64,000 nt of DNA, from assembly GCA_023701245.1 (NCBI GenBank), contig JAMPXK010000007.1:1733-65732 (forward strand), in the 5' to 3' direction. A program made the translations under genes and the position numbers. Shown in pieces: positions 18,638 to 27,984 of this stretch. The notes under the pieces are model-generated. The model made no database searches. It saw nothing but the letters and a program-made list of their open reading frames with translations, and was not told where the DNA came from. Source of the stretch: Elusimicrobiales bacterium. GTDB lineage: Bacteria; Elusimicrobiota; Elusimicrobia; Elusimicrobiales; UBA9959. Each line of letters begins with the position of its first letter. The stretch's first letter is position 1.

Positions 18638-18985
18638 TCAAAGCCGGTCGTATTTGGTGTGTTTGTTCCTGGCTTTCTTTACGGGGTATTTTTTGGCGTT
18701 CTTTTTGAGCTTGCGCGCCACGGCGGCAGGCAGGTCTATGGCCAGGTCGTGGCCGAGCAGCAGCACCCAGTACAGCACGTCGGCGAGCTCATCGGAGATG
18801 TCGGCCTTTTTCGCTTTCACGTGGCGGGTTATCTCCTCCGGGTTTTTCCACTGGAAATGCTCCAGCAGCTCCGCGGCCTCCAGCGCCAGCGAAATGGCCA
18901 CGTCCTTAGGGTTATGGAACTGCCGCCAGTTGCGGGCGTCGCGGAAGGCGATCACTTTTTTTGTCAGGTTTTTTATATCGGGCAT
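18638..18985 (-). CDS. MazG-like nucleotide pyrophosphohydrolase
   Basis: FRDARNWRQFHNPKD, EAAELLEHFQW, DELADV, KYPV. Confidence 0.9.
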   Translation of the reverse strand: MPDIKNLTKKVIAFRDARNWRQFHNPKDVAISLALEAAELLEHFQWKNPEEITRHVKAKKADISDELADVLYWVLLLGHDLAIDLPAAVARKLKKNAKKYPVKKARNKHTKYDRL

Positions 18986-18993
18986 AAGGGTTA

Positions 18994-19896
18994 TCAGGCG
19001 AACACAGAGAACAGCAGGCCGGCGGTCAGCGCGAAAACCAGCCAGTAGGCCGCGTAGAACAGCAGGCCGCGGCGTCCTATGAGCTTCTGCGACATTATCA
19101 TGGTCGGAATGCAGGTGCCTACCGACCCCAGCAGGAAAGTGAAGGCCGGACCGGGCCCGAGGCCGAGCTTCATCAGCGACAGCGTGAGCGGGATCTCCTC
19201 GCCTTCGCAGACATAGAGCGGCACGCCCAGCAGGGCGCTCGCCAGGTAGGCCAGCGGCCCCGAAGCGCCGATATACTTCATGATGAAGCCGGGCGGCAGC
19301 AGCACGGTCAAGAGAGAAGCGATGGCCATGCCTATAAGAAAGTATTTACCGAGGTCTTTGAGGATATCCACGAACACCGGCCAGAATTTTTTAGGCTCGT
19401 CCTCTTCGGCGCCCCCCCCGCAGCCGCAGCCGGAACAGCATTTCTTATCGGCCGCCGGCGCCGGGATTTCCAGGGCGGCACCATAATGCTTTTCCAGCCA
19501 GATGAACAGCGCCCCGACCCCCATTGCGCCCAGCAGGGCCGCCAACGCGCGGGCCAGGGTGAACTTCCAGCCGAGCACCGCGAAGGTGAGTATCAGCGTC
19601 TGCGGGCTTACCAGGGGCGAGGCCAGCAGGAAACTGGTGACGGTGCCGAGGTCAGCCCCCTTGCGGCGCAGGCCTTCGGCCATGGGCATGGTGGCGCAGG
19701 AACAGCCGGGCATAACCATGCCGAGCACGGCCGCTTTCGCCATGGACAGCCAGCCGCCGCGCAGGTGTTTCAGCGCGAACTCCGGCCTCAGGAACACGTC
19801 CAGCGCCGCCCCGAAAGCCGCGCCGCCCAGGAAGTAAGGCAGCACCAGCCAGGTAAGCGACAGGAATTCTTTGGCGAAAGAGTAAAGGTATTCCAT
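18994..19896 (-). CDS. Permease, DUF318/ArsP family
   Basis: PGCSCATMP, FLLASP, Cys-rich loop CCSGCGC, GVPLYVC; multiple TM segments. Confidence 0.85.
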   Translation of the reverse strand: MEYLYSFAKEFLSLTWLVLPYFLGGAAFGAALDVFLRPEFALKHLRGGWLSMAKAAVLGMVMPGCSCATMPMAEGLRRKGADLGTVTSFLLASPLVSPQTLILTFAVLGWKFTLARALAALLGAMGVGALFIWLEKHYGAALEIPAPAADKKCCSGCGCGGGAEEDEPKKFWPVFVDILKDLGKYFLIGMAIASLLTVLLPPGFIMKYIGASGPLAYLASALLGVPLYVCEGEEIPLTLSLMKLGLGPGPAFTFLLGSVGTCIPTMIMSQKLIGRRGLLFYAAYWLVFALTAGLLFSVFA

Positions 19897-19899
19897 CGT

Positions 19900-22470
19900 T
19901 TAATCCAAAAGTTTCGAGAGCGCCGCGGCCAGGTCCTCTACCCGGTACGGCTTGGACAGGACGCCGTCGAAACCGTGCGTCGAATACTCGGCCATGATCG
20001 GGTCTTCGGCATAACCGCTGGAGACTATCACCTTGGCGGCAGGGTCTATCTGCTTAAGGCGCTTCACTGCCTCAGCCCCGCCCATGCCGCCGGCTATGGT
20101 CAGGTCCATGATGGCGGCGGCAAAAGGCCGGCCGGCGGCCCGCGCGTCGCCCCAGGCCTTAAGCGCGTCCTCGCCCCTGACGGCCACCTCCGCTTCGAAA
20201 CCCAGGGCCGCCAGCATCCGGCGCAGGGCTTTGTAGACGACTTCTTCGTCGTCGAGGATAAGCACACGGCCTCCGCTCTTCAGCTGTTTTCCGGCCGTTG
20301 CGCCGGCCGCGGGCTGCGCGGCCTTGTCGGTCAGAGGCAGATAAACGGTAAAGACGCTCCCCGCGCCGGACGCGGAACTGGCGCAGATGTGACCGTCATG
20401 CTTTACTATTATGGAGCGCGCCACCGCCAGGCCCAGACCGCGCCCGCTGCCCTTGGTGCTGAAATACGGCTCGAAAAGCCGGGCCATTACCGGTTCAGGG
20501 ATGCCGCCGCCGGAGTCACGGACGGAGAATTCGGCGTACCGGCCCGGCGGCAGATGAACGGCTTCCACGGCGGCATGGGAAGCCAGGTCCAGGGAAACTT
20601 GTATAGCGCCGCCGCCGGGCATGGACTGGGCGGCGTTGAGCGCCAGGTTCTGCACCACCTGGAAAAGCTGGTCCCTGTCCCCCATTACGGTAAAAGAACC
20701 GTCGGGCAGCTTCAACTCGGGCTTCACCGGGGAACCGTGCAGGGAGAAAGAAACGGCTTCCCTGACCAGTTTGGAGAGGTCCAGCGGGAACTTGACCGGC
20801 TCGCCGCCTGAAGCGAAGGTGAGCAGCTGGCGAGCCAGGCCTTTGGCCGCCAGGCACGCGGAGTCGGCCTCTTCCATCAGTTCTTTAAGGTCGCCGCCTT
20901 CCGCGGAGATCTTCCTGATAAGGGAAATATTGCCGGCTATCCCGGTAAGGATATTGTTGAAATCGTGGGCGATACCGCCGGCCAGGGTTCCTAAGGACTC
21001 CAGCTTCTGGGCCACACGCATGGCCTCTTCTGCGCGCTTCATCTCGGTAATATCCCAGATTATGCCGTCTATACGTTCCGGGGCACCCATACTGTCGCGC
21101 CGCAGAAGCCCGCGGGCCGCGAGGTGATGTGTGGAGCCGTCGGGCCAGACCGCGCGGTATTCCATCGAATACTGACCGCCGGTCTCCACCACCCGCGCCA
21201 GGGCGCTCTTGACCCTGCTCCTGTCAGCCGGGTGCAGCGCGGAAAAAAATTCCTCCGCCCGCCCGGTAAATGAGGCGTGATCCAAGCCCAGCAGCCGGCA
21301 GACCTGCTCGTCGAAATGGCGGCGGTTCTCTTTGATGTCCAGGTACCAGGTCCCCATGCGCGCGGAACGCAGCGCCAGGCCCAGCCGCTCGGCGGTGTCC
21401 CTAAGGCAGGCCTCTCCATTTTTGCGCGCGGTGATATCCTGCGCGTAGCCTTTCAGCACCGCCGGCTTGCCCGTCTCGTCTTTGACCAGTTCGGAGGCCT
21501 CGGCGTGAACCCAGTGCAGGCTGCCGTCCGGCCAGAGCACCCGGTACTCCAGCGGCGCCGGTTTGTTGGCCTCGATGACCTGGCGGTTAGAGGCCTCCAC
21601 GGCGGCTTTGTCGTCCGGGTGGATGGCGCTCGCCAGCACATCGGCCAGGTTGCCGCCAAATCCGGTTTTATCTATACCGAAGATGGAATACATCTCGTCG
21701 GACCAACTGAGGAGGTTGGTCTTAATATCCCAGCGCCAGGTACCCAGTTTAGCCACCCGCAAGGCCCCAGAAAGGACTTTTTCCGCCTCTATACGGCCCT
21801 CGTAATCGTCCCGGGTTTCGGCCATAAGGCGGCGGTTGACGATAAGAAAAAGGCTGTAGGTCAGCAGGATCACAAGGCCGGAATAAAGAAGGAAAAGCGC
21901 GGTATCCGTGGGGCAGGGGTCGAAGAAGTCATGGGAATGCCGCCAAAAGAGCGCGGAAATTATGCGGGCCAGGCTGACCAGTATGAACGCGGAGAAGGTG
22001 TGAGCGGCCGCCCTCCCCAGGCGCCGCAGCCCGCTCGGGTAGGAGCGCAGCAGCACGATTATCCTGAGGCTGTAAAAAACGAGAAAAACGTTGAAGTTTA
22101 TGTTGCGCGCCGGAAAGTCGGGGTCCAGAATGGAGAAGTAATAATGAATGGCCGCGAACAGGGCCAACGCGGCGATATTAAGCCGGTCCAGGGACGGGAA
22201 TCCCGCAAAACTGGCCAGCCCGGAGTAAAGCAGCGCCACGCCGCCCAGCGCCAGCACGTTGGCGACGACCATCGACAGAAGGTCTGGGATCTGCCCGCGC
22301 AGCATTATCAGCACCATCCCGGCCAGCTGCAGCACGAAGGTCGCTACCCAGAATTCCAGGCCGCGATAACGCTCCCGGTTATTGCGCCACAACAGCCAGA
22401 CGACAACGGTACAGACCAGGTGCGTCAGCAGCTGGCTGAAAAGCACGGTGCGTATATCCAGAAAATCCAT
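19900..22470 (-). CDS. Membrane hybrid histidine kinase (multi-TM, 2 PAS, HisKA, HATPase, REC)
   Basis: LAGGIAHDFNN, NLALNAAQSM, FEPYFSTK, GLGLA, MDLTIAGGMGG. Confidence 0.92.
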   Translation of the reverse strand: MDFLDIRTVLFSQLLTHLVCTVVVWLLWRNNRERYRGLEFWVATFVLQLAGMVLIMLRGQIPDLLSMVVANVLALGGVALLYSGLASFAGFPSLDRLNIAALALFAAIHYYFSILDPDFPARNINFNVFLVFYSLRIIVLLRSYPSGLRRLGRAAAHTFSAFILVSLARIISALFWRHSHDFFDPCPTDTALFLLYSGLVILLTYSLFLIVNRRLMAETRDDYEGRIEAEKVLSGALRVAKLGTWRWDIKTNLLSWSDEMYSIFGIDKTGFGGNLADVLASAIHPDDKAAVEASNRQVIEANKPAPLEYRVLWPDGSLHWVHAEASELVKDETGKPAVLKGYAQDITARKNGEACLRDTAERLGLALRSARMGTWYLDIKENRRHFDEQVCRLLGLDHASFTGRAEEFFSALHPADRSRVKSALARVVETGGQYSMEYRAVWPDGSTHHLAARGLLRRDSMGAPERIDGIIWDITEMKRAEEAMRVAQKLESLGTLAGGIAHDFNNILTGIAGNISLIRKISAEGGDLKELMEEADSACLAAKGLARQLLTFASGGEPVKFPLDLSKLVREAVSFSLHGSPVKPELKLPDGSFTVMGDRDQLFQVVQNLALNAAQSMPGGGAIQVSLDLASHAAVEAVHLPPGRYAEFSVRDSGGGIPEPVMARLFEPYFSTKGSGRGLGLAVARSIIVKHDGHICASSASGAGSVFTVYLPLTDKAAQPAAGATAGKQLKSGGRVLILDDEEVVYKALRRMLAALGFEAEVAVRGEDALKAWGDARAAGRPFAAAIMDLTIAGGMGGAEAVKRLKQIDPAAKVIVSSGYAEDPIMAEYSTHGFDGVLSKPYRVEDLAAALSKLLD

Positions 22471-22516
22471 ACCGATATTCTCCCAGACCAGCGGCTAAAA
22501 GTCAACCGGAGCGGCT

Positions 22517-22546
22517 AAAAAAAACGGCCGGGCTGCCCCGGCCGTT
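22517..22546 (-). terminator. Terminator after dut
   Basis: AACGGCCGGG/CCCGGCCGTT stem with an A-run on the + strand. Confidence 0.65.
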
Positions 22547-22567
22547 CCCCAGGCGGTCGCCTGCGCC

Positions 22568-23011
22568 TTAATGCTTGCCGGTGCTGCCGAAGCCGCCTTC
22601 GCCGCGGGTGGTGGCGGCCAGTTCCGCGGTCTCGCGGAATTCGGCGTGCTTTACTTTGGCGAAGACCATCTGCGCCACTTTCTCGCCTTTCTTTATCTCG
22701 TAGGGGGTCTTGGGGTCGAGGTTCACCAGGATGACACCGACTTCGCCGCGGTAAGGGGCGTCCACGGTGCCGGGGGTGTTGAGCACGGAGATGCCGTGCT
22801 TGAGGGCGAGGCCGCTCTTGGGGCGCACCTGGCCTTCGTAACCTTCGGGGATGGCCATCTTGAGGCCGGTGGGCACCAGCACGCGCGCGCCGGGCTGCAG
22901 GGTGTGGTCGATAACAGAATACAGGTCCACGCCGGCGTCGCCGTGGTGGGCGTAGGCGGGCAATTTGGCCTCGGGATTTATTTTCTGTATCTCTATTTCC
23001 AGTTTTGACAT
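22568..23011 (-). CDS. dut: dUTP pyrophosphatase
   Basis: DAGVDL, VPTG, RPKSGLA, NTPGTVDAPYRGEV, RGEGGFGSTG. Confidence 0.95.
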   Translation of the reverse strand: MSKLEIEIQKINPEAKLPAYAHHGDAGVDLYSVIDHTLQPGARVLVPTGLKMAIPEGYEGQVRPKSGLALKHGISVLNTPGTVDAPYRGEVGVILVNLDPKTPYEIKKGEKVAQMVFAKVKHAEFRETAELAATTRGEGGFGSTGKH

Positions 23012-23015
23012 TGTA

Positions 23016-23741
23016 TTATCCTCTTACCTGGGTATTGGGCAGGTGCTTGAGCACTTCCTTGTGGATGTCCTGTAAAAGCTGCGGCGGGGTTTCCGGGAAA
23101 TTCTCCAGGCGCTTGTCCAGCAGGCCGTCTTTGCGGGGCACGAACTTCTGCACGTAGTACTTGTGCGCCGGCGTGCCGGTGGCCTGTATGATATGGCGCG
23201 CCGCGGCCGCCATCTCCTGCACGGTGAGGAAGGAGATCTCCCCGTCGCCGCGCACTACCGGCGCCACCGTGGTGCGGAACTCGTAAACCGGGAACCGGGC
23301 CACCAGGCGCAGGCTTTCGTCCATGGCCGAGCAATGCCCCTCCACGCCGGCGGTCTCGGGCCAGAGGAACTTGGGACCTTTCACGTCCATGGCCACGTAG
23401 TCCACGAGTTTTCCGGCCAGCAGGCGCTCCAGCACTTTGGGATTGCTGCCGTTGGTGTCGAGCTTTACAGACAGCCCTTTGGCGCGCACCTTCTCGATGA
23501 AAGGGACGAGGTCCGGCTGCAGGGTGGGCTCGCCGCCGCAGATCACTACGCCGTTGACCCAGTCTTTTACGGTGTCGAGGTAGTCGAAGAACCCGGCGTC
23601 GCCGATATCTTTGGCGTTGGCCAGCAGGGGTGCGGCGTGGCAATGGGGACAGAGGTAATTGCAGCCGGGCGTAAAAGCCACCGCCGCTATCCGCCCCGGA
23701 TAGTCAATAAGATTAAACCCTAAAGCCGCGCCTATTTTCAT
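23016..23741 (-). CDS. nrdG: Anaerobic ribonucleotide reductase activating enzyme
   Basis: IDYPGRIAAVAFTPGCNYLCPHCH, GGEPT, KLDTNGS, YEFRTT; ATG at 23741. Confidence 0.9.
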   Translation of the reverse strand: MKIGAALGFNLIDYPGRIAAVAFTPGCNYLCPHCHAAPLLANAKDIGDAGFFDYLDTVKDWVNGVVICGGEPTLQPDLVPFIEKVRAKGLSVKLDTNGSNPKVLERLLAGKLVDYVAMDVKGPKFLWPETAGVEGHCSAMDESLRLVARFPVYEFRTTVAPVVRGDGEISFLTVQEMAAAARHIIQATGTPAHKYYVQKFVPRKDGLLDKRLENFPETPPQLLQDIHKEVLKHLPNTQVRG

Positions 23742-23773
23742 GTTTGGATAATTAAAGCACGAGATTCCCGGTC

Positions 23774-23932
23774 GGTGCTGCCACAGGGGGGCAGAACGCA
23801 AAAACAGGGTCGCTGCGGTGTCGCCTCGCTCCACCCGCACACCGTGCTCGCCCTTCCCTGTCTCGGCCCTCGCGCTATGCAAGCTCGGGCCTCCGACAGG
23901 GTTTTGCTAACCTGCCCCCCTGCGTCAGCCCC
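23774..23932 (-). repeat. Structured intergenic element, copy A
   Basis: On minus strand GGTTAGCAAAACCCT...GAGCACGGTGTGC...TTTTTGCGTTC; same fold as copies B and C. Confidence 0.8.
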
Positions 23933-23952
23933 TCAGACATTTATTCACGTAT

Positions 23953-24086
23953 GCGGATGACAAGGGGACAGGGTGAGCAAAACCCTCGCGGAGGCCGAGC
24001 CTTGCGCAGCGGCGAGGCCGAGTGGGGAGCGGCGGCCACGGTGTGGCCGACCGCGTGTTTTGCGTTCCTGTCCCCTTGGCGTCCGC
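23953..24086 (+). repeat. Structured intergenic element, copy B
   Basis: GGTGAGCAAAACCCT...CCACGGTGTGG...TTTTGCGTTCC; terminal stem AAGGGGACAGG/CCTGTCCCCTT. Confidence 0.8.
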
Positions 24087-24090
24087 TCGC

Positions 24091-27000
24091 CTACTTTACG
24101 GCGTAGGCGCCTTCCACCATCTTGTAGTATTCCACTTCCTTGCGGTGCACCGGCTTGCCGCGCTTGAACTCCAGCTCGTAGCGCGACGCGGTGCCGTTAT
24201 TCTTGACGAGCACGGTGGGGATGGGGTCCAGCGGCACGTTCCAGCGGGCGGCCGTCAGGCGAGCCTCGGGCGTGGTCAGGTCGTGGAATTCCACCGGGAT
24301 CTCCATGCCCTTTTCCTTCAGGGCCTTGGTCAGCGCCACCTTGGCCTCCTCGCACATGCCGCAGCCGGCCTTGCCGAACACCATCACTTTCTTGGACGGG
24401 TCCTTTTCGTGCAGCCAGCTCACCTTCGGGGAGAAGTCCGCGTAGTGGTGCGCCACGGCCTCACGGGCGCGGCTGATCTCCAGCTGGGAATCGTTCCAGC
24501 CGGGGAGGTTGGAGAAGTAACCGACGATCTTGGTGCGCTTGGTCATGTTCTCGCTGCCGCATTTGCCGCACTTGTCCTTGAAGCCGAAGTAGTTGGTATG
24601 GCAGCCGTTGCAGTGCGTGAACTCCGGGGACACGGTTACCTGGGAAGCCCTGGTATTGCGGTAGGTCTTCTCTATCAGCGTGCCGATGCTCTCCGGCGGG
24701 ATCTGGCTCTCGCCGCAGTACACGTGGATGATGGAACCGGATTCTATCATGTCGTGGAACTTGCTCTGCAGTTCGATGCGGTCCAGGATGCTCACGTCCG
24801 CGCCGGGGTTGAGGTGGATGGAGTTGGTGTAGTACGGGGCCTTCACCAGGTCGCCCTTGATCACCTTCTTGGCCTCGGGGTAGCGGGCCATGTCGCCCTT
24901 GGCGAGCTTCTGCGTGGCCGATTCCGCCGGGGTTTCCTCCAGGGTCACCTTCAGGCCGGTCTGCGCCTTAAGATCGTTGATCTTGGTGTACATGTAGTCT
25001 ATGACCTGCAGGCCGGTCTCGTAGGCGTCCTTGCCCTCATGCAGCTCTTTGCCGGTGAGGTACTGCACCACCTCGTTGAGGCCGATAAGGCCCATGATGT
25101 AGGTGGCCTTCTCCAGGTTCACGTAAGGCGTGCCGTCGTCCGAGGCCACGCCGAGCGAGCGCAGCGGGGAGCCGTCGGTGTCCAGCAGGGTCTGCGTGTA
25201 GGCCTTCTTCTCCAGGTGGGCGCGCATGGCTATGTCCATGGCGCGGCCGATCTGGTCCAGCGTGCCCTGCAGGGTCTTGCCTTTGAAGGCGGCCTGCGGC
25301 AGGTTGATGGTCACGTTCTGGAAACCCGTGAAGCGGATGTTCTCGGGGTGCTTGAGCAGGTACGGGTCGGTGACCTTTTCCTTGAGGCGGCAGCACTGGG
25401 CGAGCGTCGCCCCGGCGCCGTCGCGGTCGAACATGAAGTAAGTGGAGCCGTTCTTGGTGGCCAGGCGGCAGCCGTAGTCGTACACTTCGCGCTCGTCGGG
25501 GTTCTCCAGGGCTTCCTTGCTCACGTGCAGGTCGCACTTGGGGAAGGCGAACTGGATGCCGTACTTGTCGCCGTCCTCCCATACCTTCATGAGCTCGATG
25601 GCGAACTCCTGCGAGGTCTTCACCATGCGGGGGTCGCCATAGGTGATGAACTTGCGGCCGTCGGCGGGATGCACCACGTCGCCGTTGCGGCTGTCGCCGT
25701 CCACACCCTTGAAGCGCGGCGCCTCGTCCACCAGCTCTATATTGCCGGCGGCGTCTTCCAGCATGTACTTGCCGCCGGGGCCCATGGCCGGCACATTGTG
25801 CATATACTGCGGCACGCCGGTGTGGATGTTAAAGTCTATGAACAGCGTCTGGCCGCCGCGGCTGAACGCGTTCTGGCTGGCGGAGAAGATGAGGTTCTGG
25901 GCTATCTGGCGCATTTCCCGGCGGGAATGCTTGGAGAGCACGCGCACCTCGCCGGTCTTCTTGAAGTAGGGGACCGGGGTGCCGTCCTGCAGGCTGACGG
26001 AGCCAGCCTCCACCATGGCTTCCAGCGCGTCTTTCTTCAGGCGCACGGGCTTGCCTTCCAGCTCGCCTTCCACCATCACCTCGGGGCAGTTGAGCATGGG
26101 CGCGTAGAGGATGTTGAGGAAGCCGAACCCCAGCGCCCCGGCGTAGCGGCTCTGCATGGCCGCCAGGAAAGTCTGGATATGGCCGTTGAGCACCATGGCG
26201 GACTTGGCCGGGCGGCTCTTGTTCTGCAGGTTGGACACGATCTTGTCCAGGCCGTACTTCTTTATATATTCCACGGAATGGGAAGAGCAGTACACGCGCT
26301 GGGGGTAGCCCAGGTCGTGGATGTGCACCATGCCGTTGTTGTGGGCCTGCGCCACTTCCTCGCTGAACACCTTGCGCAGGTTGTACTGCTTCAGCACGTA
26401 TTCCGCTATGCCCAGGTTCACGGCCTCGGGGTTATTGGTGGTGATGTTGGAGTTTTCCTTGCTGTTGCCTATCACCAGGCTCTCCACGGTGGAGATGGGC
26501 ATGGCCAGCGCCGAGTTCTTGAGCGGGATGCCCATCATGGACAGGTGGGATTCCGCTATGCGGCGCAGGAACTGCGTGTCGTAGCTCTTGGTGCCGTACT
26601 TCTCGGAGAGCTCGTAGGCGTTGTTCTCGGTCTCCTTGGCTATCATGGCGGCCAGGTCCGGGGTCAGCGCGTATTCCTTCTCCAGGGCCTCGGCCAGCTT
26701 CTTGCGGGAGAAAGGCTCTATGGTCTCGTTGGTGATGCTCTGCACCAGCAGCATCTGGTCGGTGATGTCGGCCTTGCCGGCCTTCTTCTTGACGGTCAGG
26801 CCGCTGCGGCGCACGCGGTTGCGGTCCAGGGCGTAAAATTCGAACTTGTCGGCGGTGCGGTCGAACTTCTTCTCGCGCAGCACGGTAACGCACATGGCGT
26901 TGGAATCGTCCACGGTGGGAATGGCGCCCTTAAGGGTAAATTCGGTATTGAGCCGGCGGGCCACTTCGTTGGCCACGTCCACGGCCTTGTCTTCGTCGCG

Positions 27001-27111
27001 GCCGCCCAGGGTAAGGGCCGCCTTGGAGATGGCGGTCTTTATCTTGTCCAGGTTGAAAGGCGCCACTTTGCCGTCACGCTTCTTGATCACTTTCGGAAAA
27101 AATTCGTTCAT
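24091..27111 (-). CDS. nrdD: Class III anaerobic ribonucleotide reductase with N-terminal ATP-cone and C-terminal CxxC redoxin domain
   Basis: VIKKRDG ATP-cone, HIHDLG, VYC, QCCRL, EETPAES, YYTNS, CxxC...CxxC, KIVGY glycyl site; then GKAGCGMC...IPT. Confidence 0.93.
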   Translation of the reverse strand: MNEFFPKVIKKRDGKVAPFNLDKIKTAISKAALTLGGRDEDKAVDVANEVARRLNTEFTLKGAIPTVDDSNAMCVTVLREKKFDRTADKFEFYALDRNRVRRSGLTVKKKAGKADITDQMLLVQSITNETIEPFSRKKLAEALEKEYALTPDLAAMIAKETENNAYELSEKYGTKSYDTQFLRRIAESHLSMMGIPLKNSALAMPISTVESLVIGNSKENSNITTNNPEAVNLGIAEYVLKQYNLRKVFSEEVAQAHNNGMVHIHDLGYPQRVYCSSHSVEYIKKYGLDKIVSNLQNKSRPAKSAMVLNGHIQTFLAAMQSRYAGALGFGFLNILYAPMLNCPEVMVEGELEGKPVRLKKDALEAMVEAGSVSLQDGTPVPYFKKTGEVRVLSKHSRREMRQIAQNLIFSASQNAFSRGGQTLFIDFNIHTGVPQYMHNVPAMGPGGKYMLEDAAGNIELVDEAPRFKGVDGDSRNGDVVHPADGRKFITYGDPRMVKTSQEFAIELMKVWEDGDKYGIQFAFPKCDLHVSKEALENPDEREVYDYGCRLATKNGSTYFMFDRDGAGATLAQCCRLKEKVTDPYLLKHPENIRFTGFQNVTINLPQAAFKGKTLQGTLDQIGRAMDIAMRAHLEKKAYTQTLLDTDGSPLRSLGVASDDGTPYVNLEKATYIMGLIGLNEVVQYLTGKELHEGKDAYETGLQVIDYMYTKINDLKAQTGLKVTLEETPAESATQKLAKGDMARYPEAKKVIKGDLVKAPYYTNSIHLNPGADVSILDRIELQSKFHDMIESGSIIHVYCGESQIPPESIGTLIEKTYRNTRASQVTVSPEFTHCNGCHTNYFGFKDKCGKCGSENMTKRTKIVGYFSNLPGWNDSQLEISRAREAVAHHYADFSPKVSWLHEKDPSKKVMVFGKAGCGMCEEAKVALTKALKEKGMEIPVEFHDLTTPEARLTAARWNVPLDPIPTVLVKNNGTASRYELEFKRGKPVHRKEVEYYKMVEGAYAVK

Positions 27112-27143
27112 TTTATGTCTTGTCCCCTCTTAAATTTCTGATT

Positions 27144-27593
27144 TCACTTCTTAATGGATTTTATCTCTTTCTCGAAATCCGTCACGTCCTCGAAATCCTT
27201 GTAGATGGACGCGAACCGGATATACGCGACTTTGTCGAGCTTCTTGAGTTTCTTGGCCACCAGCTCCCCTATCAGGCCGCTGGGGATCTCGTATTTATCC
27301 TCGCTCCTCAAGACCGCTTCGATCTCACTGCCCGCCTCCTCCATTTTCTCCATGCTGACGTCCCGCTTCTGGCAGGACTTCACTATGCCGTTCATCAGCT
27401 TGTCGCGCAGGAAACTTTCGCGCCGGCCGTCCTTCTTGATGACGACCAGCGGGTGGGATTCTATGCGCTCGTAGGTGGTGAACCGCTTCTCGCACTTTTC
27501 GCATTCGCGCCGGCGCCGTATTTCAAAGGCTTCGGACGAGTCACGGCTGTCCGTCACCTTGGTATCTTCGGCTCCGCAGAATGGGCATTTCAT
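27144..27593 (-). CDS. nrdR: Transcriptional repressor NrdR
   Basis: MKCPFC, DSR, IRRRREC..C..RFTTYE, KKDGRRE, VAYIRFASIY. Confidence 0.97.
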   Translation of the reverse strand: MKCPFCGAEDTKVTDSRDSSEAFEIRRRRECEKCEKRFTTYERIESHPLVVIKKDGRRESFLRDKLMNGIVKSCQKRDVSMEKMEEAGSEIEAVLRSEDKYEIPSGLIGELVAKKLKKLDKVAYIRFASIYKDFEDVTDFEKEIKSIKK

Positions 27594-27674
27594 CTTTTCT
27601 TTTTTCCCTGTTCACGAGGGCCGAAAGGCCCTCCGGGCGTGGCCGGTACTATACTATCCTCGGCACTCGCCAGA

Positions 27675-27721
27675 CTACTATACATTGTGCTTTAAACTGC
27701 CCCCGCCACTATTAGTAGTAG
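27675..27721. promoter_or_regulatory. Tandem NrdR boxes upstream of nrdR-nrdD-nrdG-dut
   Basis: CTACTATACATTGTGC (27675) and CCACTATTAGTAGTAG (27706) resemble acaCwAtATaTwGtg, 31 bp apart. Confidence 0.7.
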
Positions 27722-27984
27722 TGCGGATATTTTACACCATATGGGATTTTTTATGCAAATTTCAGGCCGTTTTTCATTGGTAAAAATTAATGTTGACATA
27801 AAACACGGCAAATACAGCGCTCCGCGCGCGCGCAAAAAGCGGCCGGCGCGCGGCCTGTGACTTTGGGCACATGTAACCGGCTGAGCATGGATAAAAGGCC
27901 CCCCGGAGGGTAGACTATCTGGTGACGGCGTCCGCGGGTCATTATTCATCTATTATCCCGGGGATACGGCGTCAAGGAGGCAGT

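Noticed and set aside
18638-18985. MazG-like gene as part of an anti-phage system
   Set aside because: No neighbouring defence genes; it fits a housekeeping nucleotide-sanitising enzyme
23742-23882. N-terminal extension of nrdG in the ORF track
   Set aside because: It is translation through repeat copy A; the recognisable protein begins at ATG 23741
23774-24086. Repeat doublet as a CRISPR array, integron attC array or known riboswitch
   Set aside because: No identical repeat-spacer periodicity, no cas or integrase gene, no GTTRRRY/RYYYAAC cores; no cobalamin or other known riboswitch consensus recognised, and the copies face opposite ways
22800-24545. Lys in place of conserved Arg in dut (RPKSG) and nrdD (KIVGY) as a sign of codon reassignment
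   Set aside because: AAG encodes invariant Lys elsewhere (e.g. HGKST in LepA, GKT in RecG), so these are ordinary substitutions
24091-27111. Intein or intron in nrdD
   Set aside because: The insertions are short, lack C/S...HN intein ends and LAGLIDADG motifs, and the frame is uninterrupted
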